A stretch of 64,000 bases of DNA, taken from the NCBI GenBank assembly GCA_024405515.1, contig JAKSOR010000001.1, positions 24,235 through 88,234 of the forward strand, in the 5' to 3' direction. Shown in pieces: positions 18,107 to 27,021 of this stretch (position 1 is the first letter of the stretch; each line of letters opens with the position of its first letter). The position numbers and the translations under genes are program-made. The notes below the pieces were generated by a model, which saw nothing but the letters and a program-made list of their open reading frames with translations, ran no database searches and was not told where the DNA came from. The stretch comes from Clostridia bacterium (lineage in GTDB: Bacteria; Bacillota; Clostridia; Christensenellales; CAG-917).

Positions 18107-18994
18107 TTAGAAAACAGCCCAGGTATTAAAGACAATTTTGCTTATAACTAAAATAATTGCTCCGAAAAAGAACAAATGTGTAAGGTAAATAAACAAAGAG
18201 TGCCTGCCTATAAAAGTGATTGGTCTGTGCCAGGCTTTGTCAAAATCAGGTAGAAGAGAGCGGTTTTCAGGATATAAAACTGGTTTTATTGCAACCCCTA
18301 TAAGGAAAAACGCACTCCACGGGATCAGATTCATAAGATCTCCAGGTGATAAGTCATTAATATAATAAAAAATCGAATTGGTCCCATCATAGTGCCTGTA
18401 CGGGAAAATAAAATATGCCCATTCAGGAGTGGAAGCTGGTGCTTTATATGTAAAATAAGTGATGATTATTCCCACCATCAAAAGTGTGGCTGTCAGCGAT
18501 TTCAATATAGGAGTCTTCTTTGTCAGAAAGTCTAAAATACAGTAAAAGAAGATGCAGAACGATAGAAAGTGAATAGTTCCGAATTCAATATATGAATTTT
18601 GCACATGGAATGTGTTGTCCAGTGTATATGATCCGATAGAAATGATAGCGGCGAGCAGACCTAATTCAGCGGCCCGTTTAAAATTTGACCTGCGGAAATG
18701 GGAACAGATTCCACATATAGAAAAGAATATAAACAATACGACTATTCTTAATGATTCGCGAACAGCGCTTGTCTGTGCATCACGAAGGAATCTGCATATC
18801 TGTGCCCCAATAGAATCTCCGATTAGTTGAGGTCCGTACCAGACTTTCCCGAAGTAGTAATAAGTAATTCTTGCTATATGGTCTAAAACAACCAGTAAAA
18901 TGCAGATGCCTCTAAGTGCATCAAGTTCCCAGATGCGTTTAGAGTCTTTGATTATTAAGAAATCATTAAGTGGAATAGCATGGTTGTTTTGCAT
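18107..18994 (-). CDS. Polytopic membrane protein, DUF1624 / heparan-alpha-glucosaminide N-acetyltransferase-like
   Basis: 295 aa with multiple TM helices. The N-terminal motif ELDALRGICILLVVLDH is typical of that acyltransferase-like family. Low GC. Confidence 0.5.
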   Translation of the reverse strand: MQNNHAIPLNDFLIIKDSKRIWELDALRGICILLVVLDHIARITYYYFGKVWYGPQLIGDSIGAQICRFLRDAQTSAVRESLRIVVLFIFFSICGICSHFRRSNFKRAAELGLLAAIISIGSYTLDNTFHVQNSYIEFGTIHFLSFCIFFYCILDFLTKKTPILKSLTATLLMVGIIITYFTYKAPASTPEWAYFIFPYRHYDGTNSIFYYINDLSPGDLMNLIPWSAFFLIGVAIKPVLYPENRSLLPDFDKAWHRPITFIGRHSLFIYLTHLFFFGAIILVISKIVFNTWAVF

Positions 18995-19045
18995 GAAAGA
19001 ATAATAAAGAAAATAAATAAACTAGTCAACCCATAAATAATAAAA

Positions 19046-19071
19046 TCCGCTAAAGAATGTTCTTTAGCGGA
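19046..19071 (-). terminator. Intrinsic terminator of the D-aminoacylase gene
   Basis: Perfect inverted repeat TCCGCTAAAGAA/TTCTTTAGCGGA. The minus strand continues with TTTTATTATTT. Confidence 0.75.
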
Positions 19072-19095
19072 CTTGTTATTAGTATAACTTAAACC

Positions 19096-20670
19096 TTATT
19101 TTTTCAGTACAACTTTTCCAGGAGTTGCTGTCTTATATTCTTCATTATCAACAACTTCTGTACCATTAACAACAACATATTTGATGCCTTTAGGGGTGAA
19201 ATCCGGGACTTTTGTATCAATTACAATATTATTATAATCGAAAATCGTAAGGTCGGCATAGTATCCTTCTTTGATATATCCTCGTTCTTTAATGATGAAT
19301 CTGTCTGCTGTTTCACCTGTCATTTTTCTTATAACTTTTTCAATTGGAATGTTGTTCTGTTTTGCTCTGACGAGGAAGTATGGGAAGCACTGGAATGCTG
19401 ATCCGTTTTGAGTTCCGCTTTCCTCAATCCATGCATCAGTCATAAAGATAGAAAGGTCATCAGTCATCAAGCGGTTAATGATCTCATCGTTATAGTATTT
19501 ACCAAGGTACAGTCTTCCTTGACCGTTTGAAAGATCAACAAGTTTAAGATATGTATCAAATTCCGTTGCACCTTCTTCTTTGGCGATATCAGAAACGGTT
19601 CTTCCTTCATATTTTTCATATCCTGGTCCGATGTATGCGACGGTGAAATCAGGGAAGTCAATACCAAGAAGCACTTTCGTTAAATTTAACATGATTTTGA
19701 GTTTGAAGATGGTTGATTTTTTCTTTTTCTGCTCAGGAGTCATTGCCATATACCATACAGGCATTGCAATTGTGATAACAGATGCTCCATATGTAAATGA
19801 ATAGTTATCATATGCAATCTTATAGCCCTTATCTTTATAATCATGGAATTTTTTCAGCATCGGTTCAACACTCGGCCAGGATGATGTTCCTGTGAAGATA
19901 AGGTGAGAGTACTCCATTCTGCACTTGGACTTTTCCATAATATCAATTACTTCATCAAGAGCAATCTCAATATGAGGCTTTGAAATCAAAGGATATCCGA
20001 GTGCTACTTTAGAACATGCACGAGGGTGGACGGTTACAATTCCGTCATATTTGGCTATTTCACTTGCAAACGCATATAGCTCTTCTTTCTTTGAATACAT
20101 GCCAGGTTCATACATGAAACCGAATGAACCTCCGAAAGCACCGTTCTCCATTGCTTCATCGACAAGTTTCATTTCCTCGGCAATCTGCTCTTTTGAAAGT
20201 GGAGCAGGATCATAACCTGAAAGACTGATACGTGTTGTACCATGCCCAATAAGAGGAACAACGTTTACATAAAGTTTGTTTTCAATTCGTTTTGTCCATT
20301 CTTTGAATCCAGTTGGATTCTTTGTGTGGAAGAGACCACCACCGACTTTATCTTTATATTTACTTTCAGAAGCAACACCGAATGGTGAGAACCCGCAGTT
20401 TCCGGTGATCTGAGTTGTTATGCCCTGCTGAATGAATGATTTAAAATATACCTCAGCATTGTCATAATCACAGAAGAAGTCATTATGTGAGTGTGCATCG
20501 ATAAAACCAGGAGCAACAGTAAGCCCCGTGCAGTCTACAATTCGGTCAGCTTCATCTGTTAAATTTGATCCTACTTTGATAATTTTTTCGTTTTCTACAA
20601 GAACATCCCCAACGTAAGGCTTGTTTCCGCTTCCATCTACGATTGTTCCGCTTTTGTATAATGTTTTCAT
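19096..20670 (-). CDS. N-acyl-D-amino-acid deacylase (D-aminoacylase) family amidohydrolase
   Basis: 524 aa; GTIVDGSGNKPYVGDVLVENEKII...APGFIDAHSHNDF N-terminal signature. Confidence 0.75.
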   Translation of the reverse strand: MKTLYKSGTIVDGSGNKPYVGDVLVENEKIIKVGSNLTDEADRIVDCTGLTVAPGFIDAHSHNDFFCDYDNAEVYFKSFIQQGITTQITGNCGFSPFGVASESKYKDKVGGGLFHTKNPTGFKEWTKRIENKLYVNVVPLIGHGTTRISLSGYDPAPLSKEQIAEEMKLVDEAMENGAFGGSFGFMYEPGMYSKKEELYAFASEIAKYDGIVTVHPRACSKVALGYPLISKPHIEIALDEVIDIMEKSKCRMEYSHLIFTGTSSWPSVEPMLKKFHDYKDKGYKIAYDNYSFTYGASVITIAMPVWYMAMTPEQKKKKSTIFKLKIMLNLTKVLLGIDFPDFTVAYIGPGYEKYEGRTVSDIAKEEGATEFDTYLKLVDLSNGQGRLYLGKYYNDEIINRLMTDDLSIFMTDAWIEESGTQNGSAFQCFPYFLVRAKQNNIPIEKVIRKMTGETADRFIIKERGYIKEGYYADLTIFDYNNIVIDTKVPDFTPKGIKYVVVNGTEVVDNEEYKTATPGKVVLKK

Positions 20671-20818
20671 ATTCCCTCCTACATGTAGTTTGTTAAGTAG
20701 TTATATTTTACATTCCAGTGAAACATAGTGCAAGACGATATCTTTTGAGTGGGCGATATTCTTCATTTGGCAATTGACCGGATTGCTGTCAGTAAATATA
20801 ATTACAGCAGAGGTATAT

Positions 20819-21703
20819 ATGAGAAGAACAGCAGTATTAGTCGTTACTATATTAGTTCTTGTCATGACAACTTTGTCGTTTACTTCCTGTGACAAGAAAT
20901 CGGAAGAAGAACCAAAAGGTCCGGAACTTATATTCTGTGATGAGTTTGACACATTGGACACGTCTGTCTGGAATATTTATAACGGGATAAGAAAGGGTGG
21001 ATACTGGGATAAAAATCAGGTTTTCGCAAAAGACGGGAACCTAGTTATACGTACATCTTTAATTGGCGGAAAGTATTATACCGGCGCAATAGATACAAAT
21101 AATAACTGGGAAGAACATTATGGTTATTATGAGGCAAAGGTCCTTGTGCCTAAAGCGAGTGGCATGTGGGCGGCATTCTGGATTTTCTGTGATGAAATGG
21201 GCGGCCCGTCAAAGGATGCTGATATAGTAGGAACCGAACTTGATATATTCGAGTCGCCATATTATAAAAATGACGGAGAACAGGCAGTAACATATCAGAG
21301 TGCATATCATATAGGAGATTACGGTGCCAATTATCTAAGTGGTACATCATATATTGATCAGCTCCTTAGTCAGGAAGACCCTGTGAATATTTTTGATGCA
21401 TGGCACGTATTCGGTCTGGACTGGACTGAAAACGGTTATGACTTTTATCTTGATGGAAAATTAATGTGGTCTCCGAATATGGAAGGCAATGTTTCAAAGA
21501 AAGACAGTTTTCTTTTCCTGTCATGTGAAATAGACGGAGCAAACGGAAATGCCAGCAAATCAATATTCCAGATAGGAACAGAACCAATTACTGCAAATCC
21601 AGAAGGGGCGTTCCCGACATCATATACAGAGGAAGGCTCATACATAAGTGATTTCCTTGTCGATTATGTGAAAGTATGGGAGTCCAACCCTTATAAAAAA
21701 TAG
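20819..21703 (+). CDS. Glycoside hydrolase family 16 (beta-glucanase/laminarinase-like), probable lipoprotein
   Basis: Start at ATG 20819 gives the signal peptide MRRTAVLVVTILVLVMTTLSFTSC. GH16 catalytic motif ELDIFE. Confidence 0.75.
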   Translation: MRRTAVLVVTILVLVMTTLSFTSCDKKSEEEPKGPELIFCDEFDTLDTSVWNIYNGIRKGGYWDKNQVFAKDGNLVIRTSLIGGKYYTGAIDTNNNWEEHYGYYEAKVLVPKASGMWAAFWIFCDEMGGPSKDADIVGTELDIFESPYYKNDGEQAVTYQSAYHIGDYGANYLSGTSYIDQLLSQEDPVNIFDAWHVFGLDWTENGYDFYLDGKLMWSPNMEGNVSKKDSFLFLSCEIDGANGNASKSIFQIGTEPITANPEGAFPTSYTEEGSYISDFLVDYVKVWESNPYKK

Positions 21704-21723
21704 CAAAGAAGATAATAAAGAAG

Positions 21724-21752
21724 TGAGGAACCGTGTGGTCCCTCATTTTGCT
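21724..21752. terminator. Hairpin between convergent GH16 and rsmI genes
   Basis: TGAGGAACC / GGTCCCTCA (one mismatch), followed by TTTTGCTTT. Confidence 0.55.
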
Positions 21753-22556
21753 TTAAAGCTTCATGGATTCCTGATAGACATCATTTTTAGGAATGCCACG
21801 TTCCTGGGTAACCTTTTTTATGGCATCCTTTTTATCCATTCCATCATTAATATATGAAAGAAGATGTTCCTTAATAGAAAGTTTAAGATATGGATTTTCC
21901 TCTTTCTTTCCGTCTATTATCATTACAATTTCACCGCGTTCCTCGCATTCAAATGAGGAGAGGGTGGTTACGGTTACTGATTCATGTATTTTTGTAAGCT
22001 CACGGCATACTCTTACTGTTCTGTCTCCGAGAATATCCAAAAGATCAGTTGCGGTTTTCTTTAAATCGTGTGGTGCTACATAGATGATTATCGGGAGTTC
22101 TGTTTTGTCAACTTTTGTCAGAATCGATACTTTATCTGCCTTTTTATCAGGTAAAAACCCTATAAATGTGAAACCTGCATCTTTTATGCCACTGAGTGCT
22201 ACTGCGCTTGCAAAAGCTGTCGGGCCAGGGACAAGCTCAACTTCAACTCCGCCTTCATGGCATCTTGAGACTACTTCCGCACCAGGGTCTGATATGGACG
22301 GCATACCTGCATCTGTTATTATTGCAACGTTATTTCCGTCACGTATAAGTTCTATTAATTTGTTGCTGCATTCTGCTTCATTGAATTTGTGGTATGCAAT
22401 TAATTTGGCATGAATGTCATATGCTGAAAGAAGTGGAAGGGAATGCCTTGTGTCCTCACATGCTATGTACTCGCACATTTTCAGTGTTTCCACTGCACGG
22501 TAGGTGATGTCTTTAAGATTTCCAATCGGAGTCCCGACTATATAAAGTTTTGCCAT
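21753..22556 (-). CDS. rsmI: 16S rRNA (cytidine1402-2'-O)-methyltransferase
   Basis: 267 aa; KLYIVGTPIGNLKDITYRAVETLK; tetrapyrrole-methylase fold family. Confidence 0.9.
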   Translation of the reverse strand: MAKLYIVGTPIGNLKDITYRAVETLKMCEYIACEDTRHSLPLLSAYDIHAKLIAYHKFNEAECSNKLIELIRDGNNVAIITDAGMPSISDPGAEVVSRCHEGGVEVELVPGPTAFASAVALSGIKDAGFTFIGFLPDKKADKVSILTKVDKTELPIIIYVAPHDLKKTATDLLDILGDRTVRVCRELTKIHESVTVTTLSSFECEERGEIVMIIDGKKEENPYLKLSIKEHLLSYINDGMDKKDAIKKVTQERGIPKNDVYQESMKL

Positions 22557-23251
22557 TATTTATACAGCTCCTGAAATTCTTCTGTGTAGGCACCGTTTTC
22601 ATCCTGGATGATGAGTGTTTTGGAGATAAGTCCTTCTTTGGCGCCTTTTTTTGCTTTTATTATAACAACATCCACCCCGGCTGAAAGTTTAGGGTATACG
22701 AATGTTATTTCCTTAGGTTCAAGGTTATTATTCTTCAGACCGCTTACGAGTGAGGCGAGTCTGTCAATTTTCAGCACAATATATAAATCTCCTCCGAATT
22801 TAAGTGAATAAGCTGCTGCTTTGATAAAATCCTCAAGAGTTGCTGTAGTTTCTATATTTGAAAGATTCTTTTCTGTTTCAGCATTTCCCTGAAAATAAGG
22901 AGGGTTTGTTATTACTTTGTCGAATGATTCTGCTCTTACAAGATTACGGATGTCTTTTATATCTCCGTTGATGATTCGGAAATTTTCAATTCCGTTCATC
23001 CTGTTTGATCTTTCCGCCATATCACAGACTTTTTCCTGAATTTCAATACCGACGGCTTCTTTTACATGCTGCTTTATGATTGCAAGAACAGATAAAATGC
23101 CGCACCCTGTTCCAAGGTCAAGAATCCGGTCTGTTTTTGCAAATTTTGCGGTGTTTGCAAGAATTACCGAGTCCTGGGAAAAACAGTATGATGCGGTATC
23201 CTGAATTATTCTGTAATTTTTTATCTGAAGATCCGTGATAAATTCGCTCAT
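22556..23251 (-). CDS. SAM-dependent N6-adenine methyltransferase, YabB/TrmN6-like
   Basis: LDLGTGCGIL SAM motif and ITNPPYF. Located upstream of rsmI, as yabB is in Firmicutes. Confidence 0.65.
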   Translation of the reverse strand: MSEFITDLQIKNYRIIQDTASYCFSQDSVILANTAKFAKTDRILDLGTGCGILSVLAIIKQHVKEAVGIEIQEKVCDMAERSNRMNGIENFRIINGDIKDIRNLVRAESFDKVITNPPYFQGNAETEKNLSNIETTATLEDFIKAAAYSLKFGGDLYIVLKIDRLASLVSGLKNNNLEPKEITFVYPKLSAGVDVVIIKAKKGAKEGLISKTLIIQDENGAYTEEFQELYK

Positions 23252-23697
23252 TATCCTCTTACAACATTGATTTTGATTGTTTTGGATACTTCAGGATAAA
23301 GTCTTAATGTTACCTCAAATTCACCGAAGTCACGGATTGTGCCCTTGATTTCGATTTTCTTCTTGTCGATGTCATAACCGAGTTCTTTTAATGCATTTGA
23401 TACAAGTTCGCTTGTTACTGAACCGAACATCTTTCCGTTGTTGTCTCCGCCTTTTGCTTTGACTTCGATGATTTTCCCGTCAAAAGTTTTAGCAACAGCC
23501 TGAGCTTCTGCTTTCTCTTTTGCTATTTTTGCAGCCAATGCTTTTTTCTTTTCGTTTTCTACATAAACAGCCTGGACCGTGCCTTCTTTTGCCATTCCTT
23601 TCTTTATAAGGAAATTACGTGCGTATCCGTCATTGACTTCAACGATATCGCCTTTTTTGCCTGTGCCTTTGACATCTGCGAGTAAAATAACTTTCAT
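23251..23697 (-). CDS. rplI: 50S ribosomal protein L9
   Basis: Start chosen at the ATG giving [30 protein letters not shown]. The stop overlaps the next start by 1 nt. Confidence 0.93.
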   Translation of the reverse strand: MKVILLADVKGTGKKGDIVEVNDGYARNFLIKKGMAKEGTVQAVYVENEKKKALAAKIAKEKAEAQAVAKTFDGKIIEVKAKGGDNNGKMFGSVTSELVSNALKELGYDIDKKKIEIKGTIRDFGEFEVTLRLYPEVSKTIKINVVRG

Positions 23698-23725
23698 TTT
23701 ACAGCTCCTATAATTTATTGATTTC

Positions 23726-23754
23726 ATTCTATCACATGTTGTGTCTGTAGGCAA
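23726..23754 (-). promoter_or_regulatory. Promoter of the rplI operon
   Basis: On the minus strand: TTGCCT (23754-23749), 17-nt spacer, TAGAAT (23731-23726), preceded by a TG (extended -10). Confidence 0.45.
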
Positions 23755-23856
23755 TTAAGCACACAAATTAAGCGTATACAGAAAAAGAATCACTTTTTAT
23801 TTATTGACTTTATAGTCAATCGAGCATATTCTTTTAATGATAATGGAAGGTGTTAA

Positions 23857-24645
23857 GTGAAAAATTTAAAAGACATTGAACTGTTTGTATTTGACCTTGA
23901 CGGAACTGTTTATATCGGTAACAACGAGATAGACGGTTCTTATAAAGCTGTCGAAAAACTGAGAAAAATGGGCAAAAAAGTCTGCTTTTTTACAAACAAC
24001 AGTTCTAGATGCCACGATGATTATGTTGAGCGTCTTAATGGTCTCGGATTAAAAGCTACACCTGAAGAGATATACACAAGTGGTCAGGTAACATGTGAAT
24101 ATCTTTTAAAAAATTACAAGGGGGCACGCGTGTTTTTACTTGGTAACGACCGCCTAAAAGGAGAGTTTGAAAGCTACGGCATCACACTCACGGATGAGAA
24201 CCCGGATGTGTGTGTTATTGGTTTTGACACTTCTCTTAGTTATGACAGGTTGTACAAGTTCTGCCAGTATCTTAACAAAGGTCTGCCATATATCGCAACG
24301 CACCCTGATATGCGCTGCCCGGCGCCGGAATGCCCGATGCCTGATATAGGCGGAATGATTGAGTTTATCAGACTTACAATAAACAGAACCCCGGATATTA
24401 TAATGGGAAAACCGCATAAGACAGCAGGAGAAAGACTTGCAGCAAGATACAGAGTCGCACCTGAGAAAATAGCTATGGTAGGAGACAGACTCTATACGGA
24501 TATAGCATTCGGAACAAAATGCGGATTCACATCAGTCCTTGTTCTGTCGGGAGAAACATCGGAGGACATGATTCCTCTTTCAGATGTAAAACCGGACTAT
24601 GTTTTTGATAAGGTAAAAGACATGGTCGCGGCAGTGGAGAATTAA
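23857..24645 (+). CDS. HAD-superfamily subfamily IIA phosphatase (NagD-like)
   Basis: GTG start behind GGAAGG. Motif I FDLDGTVY. 262 aa. Confidence 0.75.
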   Translation: MKNLKDIELFVFDLDGTVYIGNNEIDGSYKAVEKLRKMGKKVCFFTNNSSRCHDDYVERLNGLGLKATPEEIYTSGQVTCEYLLKNYKGARVFLLGNDRLKGEFESYGITLTDENPDVCVIGFDTSLSYDRLYKFCQYLNKGLPYIATHPDMRCPAPECPMPDIGGMIEFIRLTINRTPDIIMGKPHKTAGERLAARYRVAPEKIAMVGDRLYTDIAFGTKCGFTSVLVLSGETSEDMIPLSDVKPDYVFDKVKDMVAAVEN

Positions 24646-24652
24646 TAAGATT

Positions 24653-26230
24653 ATGTTTACAGGTATATTATCAGAAAGTAGCACATGGCCACAGTGGCTC
24701 ATTTTCGGCTGCTACATGGCAGTTATTCTAGTTGTGGCATTTTTAACAAGCAGAAAGAGCAAATCCGTTGAAGGATTTATGTTCGCAAATAAAGGCGTCG
24801 GCGGATGGTTTACGGCTTTCGCATACGGCGCTACATACTTCTCAGCAGTTGTTTTTGTAGGATATGCAGGAAAATTCGGCTGGAACTTCGGCCTTTCCGC
24901 AATCTGGGTAGGTATCGGCAACATGCTTATCGGTACACTCCTCGCATGGCTCGTTCTTGCAAAGAGAACCAAAGCAATGACAAATACCCTTCAGGCAAGA
25001 ACGATGCCGGAATTCTTTGAAAAGAGATATGAAAGTTCACACATTAAACTTGTTGCATCTTTGGTTATTTTCATATTCCTTCTTCCGTACTCAGCATCTG
25101 TATACCAGGGAATGGGATATATCTTTGAGGCTGTTCTTCATATCGATGCAATCTGGTGTATCCTGATACTTGCAGGCCTTACAGCAATTTACCTCTTCCT
25201 CGGCGGATATTTTGCAACAACAATCACTGATTTTATTCAGGGAATTATCATGCTGGTAGGTGTAACAACAGCAGTCTTTATGCTTCTTGCAAACGATAAG
25301 ATGAACTGGGGTGAAGGCCTTACAGCACTCTTTAATGACCCAAGACTCACTCTTATTCCTCAGACTGAAACACCGGCAGGAAAAACATTCCTTGACAATC
25401 AGATGTTCAATATCATAATTCTTGTATGCCTTACATCATTTGGTATCTGGGGACTTCCTCAGTCAGTCCATAAATTCTATGCAGTCAAAGATAATAATGC
25501 AATAAAGAAAGGTGTTATCATTTCCACACTGTTTTCAGCAGTCGTCGGAGTAGGTGCATACTTTATGGGAAGTATGGTAACAAGATTCGTTGACACAATG
25601 CCTGAAGGCGGTGCAGACAGACTTATTCCTGAAATGATCTGTAATAACCTTCCGTCAGCAATGCTCGGACTTATCATAGTTCTTCTTTTCTCAGCATCCA
25701 TGTCAACTCTTGCATCTCTTTCATTATCATCGGCTTCAACTGTTACGGTTGATTTCGTCAAAGGATATGTCAAAAAGAGTATGCCTGATTCAAATATGCA
25801 GATTCTCTTAAGAGTTCTCTGCCTTGTTTTCGTAGCAATTTCAGCAGTTCTTGCAATCCTTGAAATAGATGCAATCGTATCAATGATGTCATTAAGCTGG
25901 GGTGCAATTGCGGGATGTTTCTTAGGACCATACATTTACGGTCTCTACAGCAAAAAGGCAAACAAAGCCGGTGCATATGCATCCATTATTGCAAGTATCC
26001 TCCTTACATTCGCACTTATCATCGGTCTTGGTTACTATGCTCCGTCTGTTCCGGATCCGACATTCGGTCAGGCATTTAAGGCAGGCATTTCAAGAAGCCC
26101 GTTTATCGGTGTTCTTTCTATGGTATGCAGCATGATAGTAACACCTCTCTTCAGCCTCATCTTCTCAAAGAAATGTGGCGTTTCAAAAGAGAATATAGAC
26201 CAGCTTTTCCCGGCTAAAAAAGAAGCATAA
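24653..26230 (+). CDS. Sodium:solute symporter family transporter
   Basis: 525 aa, about 13 hydrophobic segments, SSF-like N-terminal region. Substrate unknown. Confidence 0.7.
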   Translation: MFTGILSESSTWPQWLIFGCYMAVILVVAFLTSRKSKSVEGFMFANKGVGGWFTAFAYGATYFSAVVFVGYAGKFGWNFGLSAIWVGIGNMLIGTLLAWLVLAKRTKAMTNTLQARTMPEFFEKRYESSHIKLVASLVIFIFLLPYSASVYQGMGYIFEAVLHIDAIWCILILAGLTAIYLFLGGYFATTITDFIQGIIMLVGVTTAVFMLLANDKMNWGEGLTALFNDPRLTLIPQTETPAGKTFLDNQMFNIIILVCLTSFGIWGLPQSVHKFYAVKDNNAIKKGVIISTLFSAVVGVGAYFMGSMVTRFVDTMPEGGADRLIPEMICNNLPSAMLGLIIVLLFSASMSTLASLSLSSASTVTVDFVKGYVKKSMPDSNMQILLRVLCLVFVAISAVLAILEIDAIVSMMSLSWGAIAGCFLGPYIYGLYSKKANKAGAYASIIASILLTFALIIGLGYYAPSVPDPTFGQAFKAGISRSPFIGVLSMVCSMIVTPLFSLIFSKKCGVSKENIDQLFPAKKEA

Positions 26231-26250
26231 AATCAACACAGTCAATAGTT

Positions 26251-26280
26251 AAAGGCACCACATTGGTGCCTTTACTTATA
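26251..26280 (+). terminator. Intrinsic terminator after the symporter gene
   Basis: Perfect 10-bp stem AAAGGCACCA / TGGTGCCTTT, followed by T-rich sequence. Confidence 0.8.
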
Positions 26281-26346
26281 TATTTTTTCTTGTTTTCGGG
26301 CGTGCGTATGATATAATTCATATATAATGCACGTACGGAGGAGTAT

Positions 26347-27021
26347 ATGGCATCTGAGGTTATTAAAGCAGAAGGTATAAAAAAATCCTTTAATACCGGT
26401 GACAGTGTAAGTGAAATTCTTAAGGGAATTGATTTCACTCTTACCGAAGGAGAATTCGTTGCTATAGTCGGTGAATCCGGCTCAGGTAAATCAACATTCC
26501 TTTATATTCTTGCAGGAACGGATAAACCTGATGAAGGAAAAGTATCCATTCTTTCAAAAGACATAAACTCAATAGATGATAATGAACTTTCAAGAATGAG
26601 AAGGGAAGATTTTTCTTTTGTATACCAGTCAGATAACCTTGTTGAAAACCTTACTGTTTATGAGAATATAACTCTTCCGCTTGTTCTTTCAAAAAAGAAA
26701 GAATCCGATTTTAAAGACAAAGTTCTTAAAATTTCAGACTACCTCGGAATAGACAACAGACTTAACAGTTATCCTAAACAGCTTTCAGGCGGTGAGCAGC
26801 AGAGAGCCGCAATTGCACGTGCTCTTGTTACTGACCCGAAGGTTATATTCCTTGATGAACCTACAGGATCTCTTGACAGCGTAAGGGGTGGTCAGGTAAT
26901 GGAACTTTTAAAGAAAATTAATAAAGAATTTAAGGTTGCTCTTGTTATGGTAACGCACTCATCACAGCATGCAGCCTATGCTTCAAGAATAGTAACAATG
27001 GAAGACGGCCTTCTTAAATAA
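26347..27021 (+). CDS. ABC transporter ATP-binding protein, MacB/LolD/FtsE type
   Basis: Walker A GESGSGKST, signature LSGGEQQR, Walker B VIFLDEPT. Confidence 0.9.
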   Translation: MASEVIKAEGIKKSFNTGDSVSEILKGIDFTLTEGEFVAIVGESGSGKSTFLYILAGTDKPDEGKVSILSKDINSIDDNELSRMRREDFSFVYQSDNLVENLTVYENITLPLVLSKKKESDFKDKVLKISDYLGIDNRLNSYPKQLSGGEQQRAAIARALVTDPKVIFLDEPTGSLDSVRGGQVMELLKKINKEFKVALVMVTHSSQHAAYASRIVTMEDGLLK

